52,865 bases of DNA, taken from positions 1-52,865 of the IMG/VR virus record IMGVR_UViG_3300043420_002024; one strand, given 5' to 3'. Each line of letters starts with the position of its first letter. The first letter of the stretch is position 1. Under the pieces are notes generated by a model. That model was not told the DNA's origin, ran no database searches, and was given only the letters and a program-made list of their open reading frames with translations. The stretch is from a virus. Lineage: Duplodnaviria > Caudoviricetes. Below are positions 43,446 to 52,865 of this stretch, in pieces. The position numbers were made by a program, and so were the translations under genes.

Positions 43446-46400
43446 CTAACCTTTTAAATATGTTTTTCCATACAGATCAATTTTACAACAATATTCATCT
43501 GGAGAACATGATCTTACTTTATCATAACATACTGGAGCTGATGAGCAAGTGTCTTCTGGATTATTTCCAATTTTTTCTACGACGTTAGTAAATTTTCCAG
43601 AAAACATTCCGTTTCGACAATTATTTCTAGGCAAACCAGCGCTATAGTATGTTCTACAAACAGAACTGCTAATATTGTCTGGTCCTAATTCATCTATAAT
43701 TTTATCTTCAAGAGATACCGGATGCTTATATTGATATGTCATATAAGCAACTAATACGCTTATACTAGCTTCTTGTGTTATAAGTTCATAATCAAAACCA
43801 CACTGATCATCCCTTAGTGTCGCTTTCAGCTTAAAAGCAGTAGCAGGCCAGGAAAAAGAACCAAAATTTAAAGAGCAAGAACCTGGGATAACACCTTCAA
43901 TTAAATCTTTGGCAACATAACCATAATTATTTGTACAATAATATTGACTAGCGTATCGTTCTTCTATTTGCTGTTTCCATAGGTCTATATAAGCTTCTGC
44001 TGATTGACCATTAGTTGTCCATGATGGAAAATTAACGACAAACCCACCATTTGCTACTATCTTCGTTTCACATAAGCCCCCTAGCTCACCATTGTCAGAA
44101 CCAAGTAAAGGATGGCCAACAGCGATGTGCCACAATGTTTCAGCTGCTCCAAAACCAACATAAGGAGGCCATGTACCACACTCTCTTTCTCCGTAGAAAC
44201 CAAGATTTCCCAACCCCATATCATTGCCTTCTGTTACATTAAGATAATCACTACCTTTTATAATTAAGCAGTCAAAACCGGCCGTCATATTCGAATTTAG
44301 CGAACCTCCAGTCAAAAGAGTGCCTAAAATACAAATATTATTATCTATTTGGAATTGCCATTCAGGATTGCTTACCACCTCTACATTACCTAAAGAAGTA
44401 GAACACTGTTGACAATTTGTGGTTATTGTTTCGTTTATACCGTATGTATTATTCGGTAATTCAACCTTAATATAAGGACATCCTCTAGTAGTAATTTTAT
44501 CGCAACCATATCCGTTATACTTAACTACATCTTCACTACCTTCTCCATCAGCTGAATTATTTTGTATTGTGAGTATCTTTCTAATTCCTAGATTTAATTG
44601 CACTTCATTATTGTCATAAGAAAATGTAGCTATCACTCTATTACAACCAATAGTGTCTGTGTTATCAATTGGATAATTATTAGTGGTTTCTACTATTTCA
44701 TATACTGTTCCTGGGCTTACACAAGAGGAATACCAATAAGATTCTACGCAAGTAAAATATTCAACCCAACCACCATACGCTAAACATGTTGTTGGAGGAT
44801 CTGCATCGTTGCCTCGCAAACCATAACAACAATTTCCAGGATAATAATCACCCTCATTTAAACCAAGATCAAAACAATCATCATATATACCACCAGGATT
44901 GCTATCTACGCCACCTTCATAATCTCCTTCCACGCTTCCCATAGGACGGTTGCAACATTTAACATAATATGACCAAGCCTCTAAGTCTACTCCTCCCTCT
45001 CGTTTGTTTTCTACACAAGTATATTCCGGAATACTAGTTGTGTAACTAGCGACATTGTACAAGCTATTTGTAACAAGCCCCTTCATAATCATATCATAAT
45101 GACAATTTTTGATTCTATAACTCAATTTTTTAACTAATATAGTTTTTGGTTCCGAATCTCCATCTGTTGTGTTCTCTCCGCAACAATTAGACTCAACAGA
45201 ACATGGATATGCTTGATATCTTCCGCATTCTAACGGAGCACTGCTGTCCCCGCCACCCCTAAAAATAATCGCAGATGCTGCGTATCTTGTTAAAAAGCTA
45301 TCCAAATTACTAGCCAAAGCAGAATCAGCAGTTTCTATGCTAAATGCTGAACAAGGAACATTATTAGATACAGATATTGGCACAGCATAAATAGAATTGT
45401 CCAACGTTATAACGGCATCAAATCCTCTCCATGAAGCTTGACAATCAGAAGCATAATCTGATGTAAATGTGACTACCTCTCCGCTAGGCATAGCTTCTAC
45501 AATACTACAATTTTCTCTGTAAATATCGTCGGCGTCTGCCAAAGGATGCTTATAGCCACAGTGAGTAGAAATACCAAATCCCATTGGGGTTCTACATGTA
45601 TCAACAACTCTTTCTGTTGTATTCTCGTCAACAACAGAAGTAACGTCGCTACCAGCTTCTCTAATATAGAGACTTTTGCTTTCGGCAAATTTTTCTTTAA
45701 TTAATCCTTTAACGCCCATCTCAGGACACTCTGCTATAATAGCTTCCGCTGTTTCTTTAATGTTAATAGTATAAACGCGTTTATTAAAAGTAATTTTAAA
45801 AGAATCGCCTATATTACCAGGACCTATAATATTAAAAGCTCCATCCACTTTTATATTTTTTAAGTTAGCCAATTTATCATAATCATAAGGAATATAATCA
45901 TAAACACTAGCAATATTATTTTTTGTGTTATTTAGTAATTCGTTTAAAATATTTGAATATGAAATATTATTAGAATTATGTTTGGATATGTTATTTAGGT
46001 TAAGCTTTTGTTTAGACCCATGAATCGCTCTAAACATAATTTCATTTGCCCATATATCAATATCTTTAGGGGCTATAATGTTTTCAGAAATTTCATATTG
46101 ATACAAATCATCCCATACAGATAAGCTTCTCTGTAATCGAGGATAGCTAGATCCGTTAATACAATCAGAACTGCCATTTAAAGAGTGTTCAGGAAACATA
46201 ACGCTGTAATTTTCAAATTCAGATCTAACTATATAAGGTATGGCGCCACTTAAGCTCAAAGGACAATATAATCCAGCATCAATTGATATTGCATATTCTA
46301 AATTTTCAGTATCTAAATCTGTTAATGACTTATATTTGTAAAGATACGTTCCAAATATAGATGAGATTTCGGTGTTTCCAATAGGATTCATAGAACATTG

Positions 46401-49400
46401 ATTCTGAACCGGCGTTTCGCCACACTTCCTTTCTTCGTCAATATCACAATATATAGGATATGACACATAAGGTTCTCCTCTCGCTATTATTCTTTGGAAT
46501 CTTGACCAATCAAAAGGAGAGTTTGTCATATTTGTTAATGGCATAGTAACATTTGCTGTAACTAAATTTGTACACACAGAACTATCGAAATCTTCATCCG
46601 TTAAAGAAGACTTGGAACCAATACCTAATAAAACATTATATGGTTCTGTTAAGACTAATGACCTGGAATAAAAATCTCCAACAATAGAAACTGGTTTTAG
46701 TCTAAAATTGCTATCTAAATTAACAAAAAAATCAAAGTTATCAGAACTTGGTGTTTTGGGATTACTATATGACGGCCTATAAATGCCAGAAATACACATT
46801 GTGCCAATCTTTGGAGCATAATTCCTATCTGGATCTAAAGAAAAATTTGTTTCTGACAATAAATCGCTTGGGTTTTCTGAGTTATCATAGATATTTAAAT
46901 CTATAACCGGAGTGCTAGTCTTGTATAAATTATATTTACCTAAAGTTTTTTGTGCTTTCTTATCCAAGCTAAAAGGTTGATGCACATAATAAGATAATAA
47001 GGGAGTATCAAAAGATATGACCCTATTTTGCTCTTTGAAATATAACCGATATAAAAATTCATTAAAACATAGTCCGTTGTCTTCTTTAGAATCTGGAACT
47101 TGATAACTATAACTAAAATTATTAGCCATAATGTAGTTTAAAATATTGTCATATAAGAAAGGACCATAAGCTTGATTTAAAGCTAGTTGATAAACCGAAT
47201 TATTAAGTGTATCTGCTGTATTATTTTTATATACTAGATCAGCCCATTTATTACTATAGCTTTCCCTATTTTGTTGCATAAAAACTAATTCAAATAGGTT
47301 TAAGTTGATCAAATCGTTATTATTAATATTTGCGGCTGAAGTAGTAGGAAATATGGTAAAATTATGGTTTTTACTTTCTTCGTTATAAATATTGATATAG
47401 CCATTATCTGGAGGAGAGGAGTTTAATTCTAAAACAGTATAGATATTGTTGTATTTTTGTGGAATCAAATTATTTTCTGAAAAACTAGCATAAAGATCTC
47501 TGTTTACCTCTATACTTTTCGATTTAACTATATGTGTTTTTACAAAATAGGGCTTTCTGTTTGACACATGAGACTCGTAGTCTTTACTGCCCATACTGTC
47601 TATATTGCCATCAACAGAATATATTTGAACATCATCAGTCAATGAAAGCTTTGTGTCCGGAGCTGTAACGCCACTATATGTTATTGATTGATACAAAATT
47701 TTATCTTCATGAAAAATGTTAGGTTTTATACCGCCCTCTTCTTCAACAAACATATTGTCTGCATTAGATAAATTAGGCAACATAAAATACGCTCTAGATC
47801 CTTCTATGTATATTTTATTTGGGTCGTTTTTATCTTTTACATATCTATGGGTTGAATAAGGGTATGGTAGTTCTCCTCTATAAGCTGGTAAAACAGCCCA
47901 GTCTAAAACATTGCGAAAGTATTTAAGTTCCAAAGGAACTTTTGGTACGGCAGGAATAAGCGGTCCTATAGCGGGTTCTGTTGGTTGATAAGTCTCTCTA
48001 AAAAAAGTAGGCCAAGAATGATATTGTTTATTTTCTTGAGTGTTATAGTAACCAAAGGTTCTATCATCCTCATATTCATACCACCGATCATTTAATTTTA
48101 GATAAAGCCGTATTTTATTGTTATAGTCCAAAGAATTAACATACCTATTTAATTTGTTTATCTTGTCTAAAGTCAAAGAGCCTTTTAGGGTTAGGCCTTT
48201 TTCTGTTTGAGGATACTTTGTAGCATTGTTAAAAACTTTATACCCATAATCAAAATTAAACAAGCCATTATATTTATTGATCGATAAAGTGCTATCATAG
48301 CTTTTGTCTCCAATCAAACCTATATTTGGTTCAAAAAAAGTTTCTTGCAATTTACCTAAAGACTGAATAGGGGGAATTTTAAAAGCTAATACATTTTTAT
48401 TAGGCAGTCTTTTTATTGTTAATGTAATTGTTGAAGGACCTGTATTTTGGGAGAAATTAGCATTTGACGAGTTTGTTGAGCAGCTGAACATAGCGGGTGT
48501 ATATAGATACTGGTTGGGGTCTTCAAAAATACTAGATAATAATTGGTTGTATATATTTACTTCTACAGTATTAGAAAAGACATCAACAATAGTTTGTTCG
48601 TTAGGAAATATTTCTTTGTTATTAATAACTATTTTGTTTTGATTTCTAATATTGCCAGCAAAACCATAAGTGTCACTAAAAGAAACCCATATTGTAGCTC
48701 CATTAGGGTCTAATTTTGGAATTTTAAGCACCCATTTAGTAGCGACATAATTAGGCAAAGTCACAGTAAAAGTTTCAGCGCATCCATTCAACTCTAAAAC
48801 ATTGATTTCTTTGTTAGTTCTAGGCAAATTTGAACCTGGTTCTGGATGATTTGGTATTCTAAAATCACCCATTAAGTCTGTTACTTTTATGTCGCTGTAA
48901 CCTCCATAAGATTTTAAAGGAATAGATTTGGTAGATAAAAACGGAGTAAAAAGTTTTGGTGTTTCATAAACAACAGCACCATTCTCGTTTGTGTCGCATC
49001 TGTAACTAAAATTTTCTACTTTATTCAAAGACCAACAGCTACAAGCTTGATTCAGAGGTAGAGTTTTACAATTTAATCTGTCTGACTTTCTAAGAAATTC
49101 AGAAGATATCCCATAAACTTTTATTCCCATATCATAAGTTTTGAAAGATATTTCTGGATTATATTTTTGTTTAGAAGGCTTCCAGTCTGTAGCAAAAGCT
49201 ACTGTTCCAGTACCGGGATATCTAGTTAATAAGGTGCTGTCATAATAACAGCCTCCCTCTTCATGAAAAGCTACTAAATCTATTGATGGATTAGAAGCAA
49301 TAGCGTCATAATATCTAGTTAACCTAAATAGTCTATCTGGATTTAGAAAAAAAACATTTTCATTTCCTTCCGCATCTGTTTCTAAATCTAAATCAGAAAA

Positions 49401-51713
49401 TGTTGAATCTAAAGTAGAAGATACAGAAGGAAACCTGGAATAAATATCTTCAAATTTTGTTTGAAAATCTCCATGGGCTTGATTAAATACAACCTTATCT
49501 CTAAAATAAACGGCCATAACAGAAGCCACATCTGTTATTGTGCTTACTGGAGGATTACCTTTACAAACAGCATTATACGCAAGCCCCTCATCCAAAAAAG
49601 CAGTTTTGAGATAAGATTCTCCAATAGAAAACTTTTGATCATACGAAAAGATTTTTGTGCCACCCCGGACAATACTACTACAATCTAAATTTTTTCTACG
49701 TTTATATGTATTTAAATTTTTAGTGTCTGATAATTTAACAACTGGTTCAAAATCAACATTTAAAGTTGCGTGAGGTTCTGTTAATTTGTTGATGGTTATT
49801 TTACCTTCGGACCTTGGTTTTATCCACCCATAACAGCCGTATTTATGAGCTAGTGTATTAACAAGATCCCCAGATGTTTGAACCATATTAATATTATTAT
49901 GAGATGACATGTTTTTATTTGTCATTTTTTTTCTTATATCAAGATTAAAATCATTCAAGTTATTAACGTCGATTTGATCTAAAAGATCTAATGTTTCTGA
50001 ATTCCAAATAAGAATGTCACTATCTTCAACTTTTTCTCTTGGAAAATACTTTGTTATTAAATCTATAAAATCTTTCCTAATACCTGGGCTGTCATATTTT
50101 ATTGCAGGCTTAAACAGATCTATTGTTATGTTGTCGTACTCCGGTCCAGTAGCAATAATAGCAGCTTGTTTAAACAATTCTTTGTATGTTTTTTGCTCTT
50201 CTTTGGGTTTTTCTTTGTCTCTTTCCTTAAAAAAATCAACAAATTTTTGTGTTAAATTGAATACTCTGTCATAAATATTTGTAGAAACATAAATGAATTT
50301 AGAGTTGCTTGGCAGTATAGTAATATTAGAAGTTGAATTAGCTACTTGATAATCTGTAAACTTTAAACCAGAAGGACAAGACCTTGGGGTACACATTCCC
50401 AAAGCACCACTTGTAGCCAAAGGTTCTGGCCCATCATTTTCAGCAAAGAAAACATCTCCGTCAGATATATACAAATCTACACCAGCAATAAATCTATCGT
50501 CATCTTCCCTATTTGTATCATAATATCTGTACCAACATAAAACACCAGATGTATAATTCCACTTCCAATAACCCCCAACCTTATTTTCCGGGGCTTTTAA
50601 AAATATGTTATAGTGGGTATCGTCTGTTATTCCGTATGGTATGGTAAATTGTTCAACAGAAGGAATAACTTTTTCTAACGGCATTGGAATAGGAGTGCCT
50701 GGAGTATAACCGTTCTCATACGAAACTTCTGACAGTCCACTACATTCAACACCGGAATTATTAACAAACAACCCCCCACTCAGTAAAGGCATATTGCCGC
50801 TCTGCCATAAAGATATGGGCGTGGCTGTATTGATTTCCTCTAATATAAAATTTCCAGCAGTTTTATTTTGAGATAAGTATCTAGAATAAGATTGTTTATG
50901 AGCATATAATGTAGAATGATAAGTATCGTTTTCCGTTGGGGGTATTTCGCCCAATCTTGCTTTAAGAGTCCAATCTATAAAAAGCTGAACGCCATCTAAG
51001 GAGATATCTTGCGTTGGTTTAATTTCAATAAGTTTTTCGTATCCTAAAGGAGGATTCTCTATTGCAGGAAATTGTTTGAGATATTTGAAATCTAATAATT
51101 TAAACAAATAGTTATTATACAAATATGGAATTTTTGGCGTTATATCATCTGTTTTCATTCTTGTGTCGCAGCCACCTTCGCAACAGTCTTTTTTATATAG
51201 CTCTCCCTCTCCTGTAGGAGGATCTGTAATAGGATCTGAAAGAGGCCATAAAAAATTAGTTTTGCTTTTTTTAGATTTTGGTGGAGGTCTGTACTCTACT
51301 TGAGCATAACAAGGCATTTTGTCTTCATCGTTCGGGTACAAGCCTTGACAGTAAGAACAATAGACACCATCTTCTTCTTCGTCAGACAGGTCATTAAAAG
51401 CAAAAGACACATTTCTTTTAATTTTGTTTCCTTCTGTACTACAGTTACAAGGACTAGATTTAGAATCGTCTATATTTTGTGGATTACCCAATAAACTACC
51501 ATATAAAGACCGAGAAGCATTTTTACTAATAATAATTGGTTTCCAAATACCACTAATAGAATCCTCGTATTCCGGCAAAAAAGTCTTAATGTATTCCTTA
51601 GCTTTGTTTAAAGAATCAACATTAACTGCACTATCTATGTCTTCTTTATCTAGTATTCCTTTTTTTGTAATGTTTTCAAATAAAGCTTTGCCGAAATTAT
51701 TGCAATTGCTCAT
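43446..51713 (-). CDS. Giant (2755 aa) Cys-rich protein of unknown function, probably virion-associated
   Basis: Uninterrupted 8.3-kb ORF; AGAGGA RBS just upstream on the minus strand; Cys/CC clusters at both ends; no recognisable catalytic motif. Confidence 0.8.
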   Translation of the reverse strand: MSNCNNFGKALFENITKKGILDKEDIDSAVNVDSLNKAKEYIKTFLPEYEDSISGIWKPIIISKNASRSLYGSLLGNPQNIDDSKSSPCNCSTEGNKIKRNVSFAFNDLSDEEEDGVYCSYCQGLYPNDEDKMPCYAQVEYRPPPKSKKSKTNFLWPLSDPITDPPTGEGELYKKDCCEGGCDTRMKTDDITPKIPYLYNNYLFKLLDFKYLKQFPAIENPPLGYEKLIEIKPTQDISLDGVQLFIDWTLKARLGEIPPTENDTYHSTLYAHKQSYSRYLSQNKTAGNFILEEINTATPISLWQSGNMPLLSGGLFVNNSGVECSGLSEVSYENGYTPGTPIPMPLEKVIPSVEQFTIPYGITDDTHYNIFLKAPENKVGGYWKWNYTSGVLCWYRYYDTNREDDDRFIAGVDLYISDGDVFFAENDGPEPLATSGALGMCTPRSCPSGLKFTDYQVANSTSNITILPSNSKFIYVSTNIYDRVFNLTQKFVDFFKERDKEKPKEEQKTYKELFKQAAIIATGPEYDNITIDLFKPAIKYDSPGIRKDFIDLITKYFPREKVEDSDILIWNSETLDLLDQIDVNNLNDFNLDIRKKMTNKNMSSHNNINMVQTSGDLVNTLAHKYGCYGWIKPRSEGKITINKLTEPHATLNVDFEPVVKLSDTKNLNTYKRRKNLDCSSIVRGGTKIFSYDQKFSIGESYLKTAFLDEGLAYNAVCKGNPPVSTITDVASVMAVYFRDKVVFNQAHGDFQTKFEDIYSRFPSVSSTLDSTFSDLDLETDAEGNENVFFLNPDRLFRLTRYYDAIASNPSIDLVAFHEEGGCYYDSTLLTRYPGTGTVAFATDWKPSKQKYNPEISFKTYDMGIKVYGISSEFLRKSDRLNCKTLPLNQACSCWSLNKVENFSYRCDTNENGAVVYETPKLFTPFLSTKSIPLKSYGGYSDIKVTDLMGDFRIPNHPEPGSNLPRTNKEINVLELNGCAETFTVTLPNYVATKWVLKIPKLDPNGATIWVSFSDTYGFAGNIRNQNKIVINNKEIFPNEQTIVDVFSNTVEVNIYNQLLSSIFEDPNQYLYTPAMFSCSTNSSNANFSQNTGPSTITLTIKRLPNKNVLAFKIPPIQSLGKLQETFFEPNIGLIGDKSYDSTLSINKYNGLFNFDYGYKVFNNATKYPQTEKGLTLKGSLTLDKINKLNRYVNSLDYNNKIRLYLKLNDRWYEYEDDRTFGYYNTQENKQYHSWPTFFRETYQPTEPAIGPLIPAVPKVPLELKYFRNVLDWAVLPAYRGELPYPYSTHRYVKDKNDPNKIYIEGSRAYFMLPNLSNADNMFVEEEGGIKPNIFHEDKILYQSITYSGVTAPDTKLSLTDDVQIYSVDGNIDSMGSKDYESHVSNRKPYFVKTHIVKSKSIEVNRDLYASFSENNLIPQKYNNIYTVLELNSSPPDNGYINIYNEESKNHNFTIFPTTSAANINNNDLINLNLFELVFMQQNRESYSNKWADLVYKNNTADTLNNSVYQLALNQAYGPFLYDNILNYIMANNFSYSYQVPDSKEDNGLCFNEFLYRLYFKEQNRVISFDTPLLSYYVHQPFSLDKKAQKTLGKYNLYKTSTPVIDLNIYDNSENPSDLLSETNFSLDPDRNYAPKIGTMCISGIYRPSYSNPKTPSSDNFDFFVNLDSNFRLKPVSIVGDFYSRSLVLTEPYNVLLGIGSKSSLTDEDFDSSVCTNLVTANVTMPLTNMTNSPFDWSRFQRIIARGEPYVSYPIYCDIDEERKCGETPVQNQCSMNPIGNTEISSIFGTYLYKYKSLTDLDTENLEYAISIDAGLYCPLSLSGAIPYIVRSEFENYSVMFPEHSLNGSSDCINGSSYPRLQRSLSVWDDLYQYEISENIIAPKDIDIWANEIMFRAIHGSKQKLNLNNISKHNSNNISYSNILNELLNNTKNNIASVYDYIPYDYDKLANLKNIKVDGAFNIIGPGNIGDSFKITFNKRVYTINIKETAEAIIAECPEMGVKGLIKEKFAESKSLYIREAGSDVTSVVDENTTERVVDTCRTPMGFGISTHCGYKHPLADADDIYRENCSIVEAMPSGEVVTFTSDYASDCQASWRGFDAVITLDNSIYAVPISVSNNVPCSAFSIETADSALASNLDSFLTRYAASAIIFRGGGDSSAPLECGRYQAYPCSVESNCCGENTTDGDSEPKTILVKKLSYRIKNCHYDMIMKGLVTNSLYNVASYTTSIPEYTCVENKREGGVDLEAWSYYVKCCNRPMGSVEGDYEGGVDSNPGGIYDDCFDLGLNEGDYYPGNCCYGLRGNDADPPTTCLAYGGWVEYFTCVESYWYSSCVSPGTVYEIVETTNNYPIDNTDTIGCNRVIATFSYDNNEVQLNLGIRKILTIQNNSADGEGSEDVVKYNGYGCDKITTRGCPYIKVELPNNTYGINETITTNCQQCSTSLGNVEVVSNPEWQFQIDNNICILGTLLTGGSLNSNMTAGFDCLIIKGSDYLNVTEGNDMGLGNLGFYGERECGTWPPYVGFGAAETLWHIAVGHPLLGSDNGELGGLCETKIVANGGFVVNFPSWTTNGQSAEAYIDLWKQQIEERYASQYYCTNNYGYVAKDLIEGVIPGSCSLNFGSFSWPATAFKLKATLRDDQCGFDYELITQEASISVLVAYMTYQYKHPVSLEDKIIDELGPDNISSSVCRTYYSAGLPRNNCRNGMFSGKFTNVVEKIGNNPEDTCSSAPVCYDKVRSCSPDEYCCKIDLYGKTYLKG

Positions 51714-51715
51714 GA

Positions 51716-52865
51716 TTATCCTCTAGTAGACTGAACTATCCATCCATCTTGTAAATATGTAAACAAACCTATATCACCAGGGTCAATAGATATATCCAAA
51801 GGATTAGAAAATGTTGCCACAAAATTTGCGTTTTGAGAAACCGACTGGCTATTATTTTTTAAGAATGTGATATCTTTTTTAAACAGGGCCCCCATAGAGG
51901 CGGTGTTAGAAGAAATGATAGTACCAGATGTTGTGAAAGAATTTTGTGAAATAGGTTCGTAATACCCACTATCTGGATCATACGCACAATAAATTAAGGC
52001 TGTTCTAGGAGCTGCATACAAACCAAAAGTATCCCTAACAAATACGGTTTTTCTATAACCTAAAGCTGCTGGGCTTCTAGCCAATTCTGTCTGATCGTTA
52101 TTTATTAATTCTCCTCTAGCTATTTTTTGCCCAATCAAATCTTCTTCGAGCAAAATATAGACGTTTCTATATGTCGTCGGAACTGTCCAAACATGTGATT
52201 TTTCGTCCCATCTTAAATCAATAGGTCCAACAGGCCATCGAGAAGGGGTTTGAGCCCATCCTTTAGCAAATCTATGATCTTTTACAGGTTCTGTGAAATA
52301 CCCCCTATTCTGTTCGTCCTCACTTAAATAATTTACTATGATAGCATCGTCTGGAACTTTTATTCCAGAAGGTAGGTCTCCTGTACGAATAAATTTTTGT
52401 GTCTGATAAATATCATACACAGTACCGTTTTCAACCCCGGTCGCTGTTTGTCTCAACATAATCTTGCTCGACGAATCGGTTCCGCTTGGCAAATACAAAT
52501 AATCACCAGAAGCATTAGGAACAGGATAGCCTTCTGTGTCATAACCCCAACCATGAAGCATCATCGGACCCCTAAAACCAAAAAACCTACTATTATTTGC
52601 AAAAGGCTTTGGTTTGTCTGTACCTATACTATTTAGAATGTTTTGTATCGTTGGTGTTCTTTCCTCTTGAGGAATATTGTACAGCTCTTGAACTTTATCT
52701 AGGTACAACTGATCGTATTCTAAAAACGATTTGTATAGTCTGTTTTCTCCACACATTTGCTGATTGAGAGAATCATTAGGACCATTAGGAGGCACTGTCC
52801 CCATCCCAACCATTTTAATACTGTGTGTTGTATAGTCTCCAGATTGTCTGTTTTGAAAAATGCTA
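51716..52865 (-). CDS. C-terminal part of a large hypothetical (probably structural) protein; starts beyond the window
   Basis: The frame stays open from 52813 to the window edge (SIFQNRQSGDYTTHSIK-MVG...); motifs FRGPMMLHGWGYD.EG.PVPNA and WPVGPIDLRWD. Confidence 0.75.
   Translation of the reverse strand, partial: SIFQNRQSGDYTTHSIKMVGMGTVPPNGPNDSLNQQMCGENRLYKSFLEYDQLYLDKVQELYNIPQEERTPTIQNILNSIGTDKPKPFANNSRFFGFRGPMMLHGWGYDTEGYPVPNASGDYLYLPSGTDSSSKIMLRQTATGVENGTVYDIYQTQKFIRTGDLPSGIKVPDDAIIVNYLSEDEQNRGYFTEPVKDHRFAKGWAQTPSRWPVGPIDLRWDEKSHVWTVPTTYRNVYILLEEDLIGQKIARGELINNDQTELARSPAALGYRKTVFVRDTFGLYAAPRTALIYCAYDPDSGYYEPISQNSFTTSGTIISSNTASMGALFKKDITFLKNNSQSVSQNANFVATFSNPLDISIDPGDIGLFTYLQDGWIVQSTRG

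Noticed and set aside
347-52636. Many short antisense or alternate-frame ORFs in the track (e.g. 1450-1743, 21491-21760, 41269-41550, 51424-51726)
   Set aside because: They are nested within well-supported genes, lack RBS or motifs, and show the Phe/Leu/Ser bias expected from the reverse of A-rich coding DNA.
1-52865. Stop-codon reassignment (alternative genetic code), as in some large phages
   Set aside because: TAA, TAG and TGA all end genes at expected positions, and coding density is high under the standard code.

Overview
AT-rich, densely packed, standard-code segment of a large dsDNA (jumbo-type) bacteriophage genome. No rRNA, tRNA or CRISPR array was seen, and the host cannot be read from the sequence. 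From left to right on the + strand: (1) 3' end of a ComEA-like HhH gene; (2) a cassette of small membrane/secreted proteins around a papain-like (C1) cysteine peptidase; (3) an FmdB/HTH/Zn-ribbon group followed by a second, Cys-rich C1 paralog whose catalytic Cys codon reads GGT (Gly); (4) a ~11.7 kb NDP-sugar/glycosyltransferase cluster (Fcl-like, RfbH/E1, GT11, RmlC, RmlB, HAD, NeuB, YerE-like TPP enzyme, 2 methyltransferases, SDR, 2 GT2); (5) class II RNR, PhoH, HNH; (6) a replication/recombination block (RecA-like, DnaB, DnaG, dNMP kinase, Cas4/RecB-like nuclease, SSB) containing an intein-free DnaE split into two genes, with a DEDDh exonuclease and three other ORFs between the halves; (7) a second GT-B cluster rich in degenerate enzyme-like genes, a DUF559-type homing-like endonuclease and a Rad52/Sak-like annealase. 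The strand switches at ~42950 to a convergent block with a 2755-aa Cys-rich protein, probably virion-related. Three intergenic promoters share CTTGACR-N16-WAYAATAG. Best candidates for an undescribed system: the split DnaE holoenzyme locus, the active/inactive C1 peptidase pair with its membrane cassette, and the two glycosylation clusters. All family calls are from motif recognition by eye; no database searches were run.
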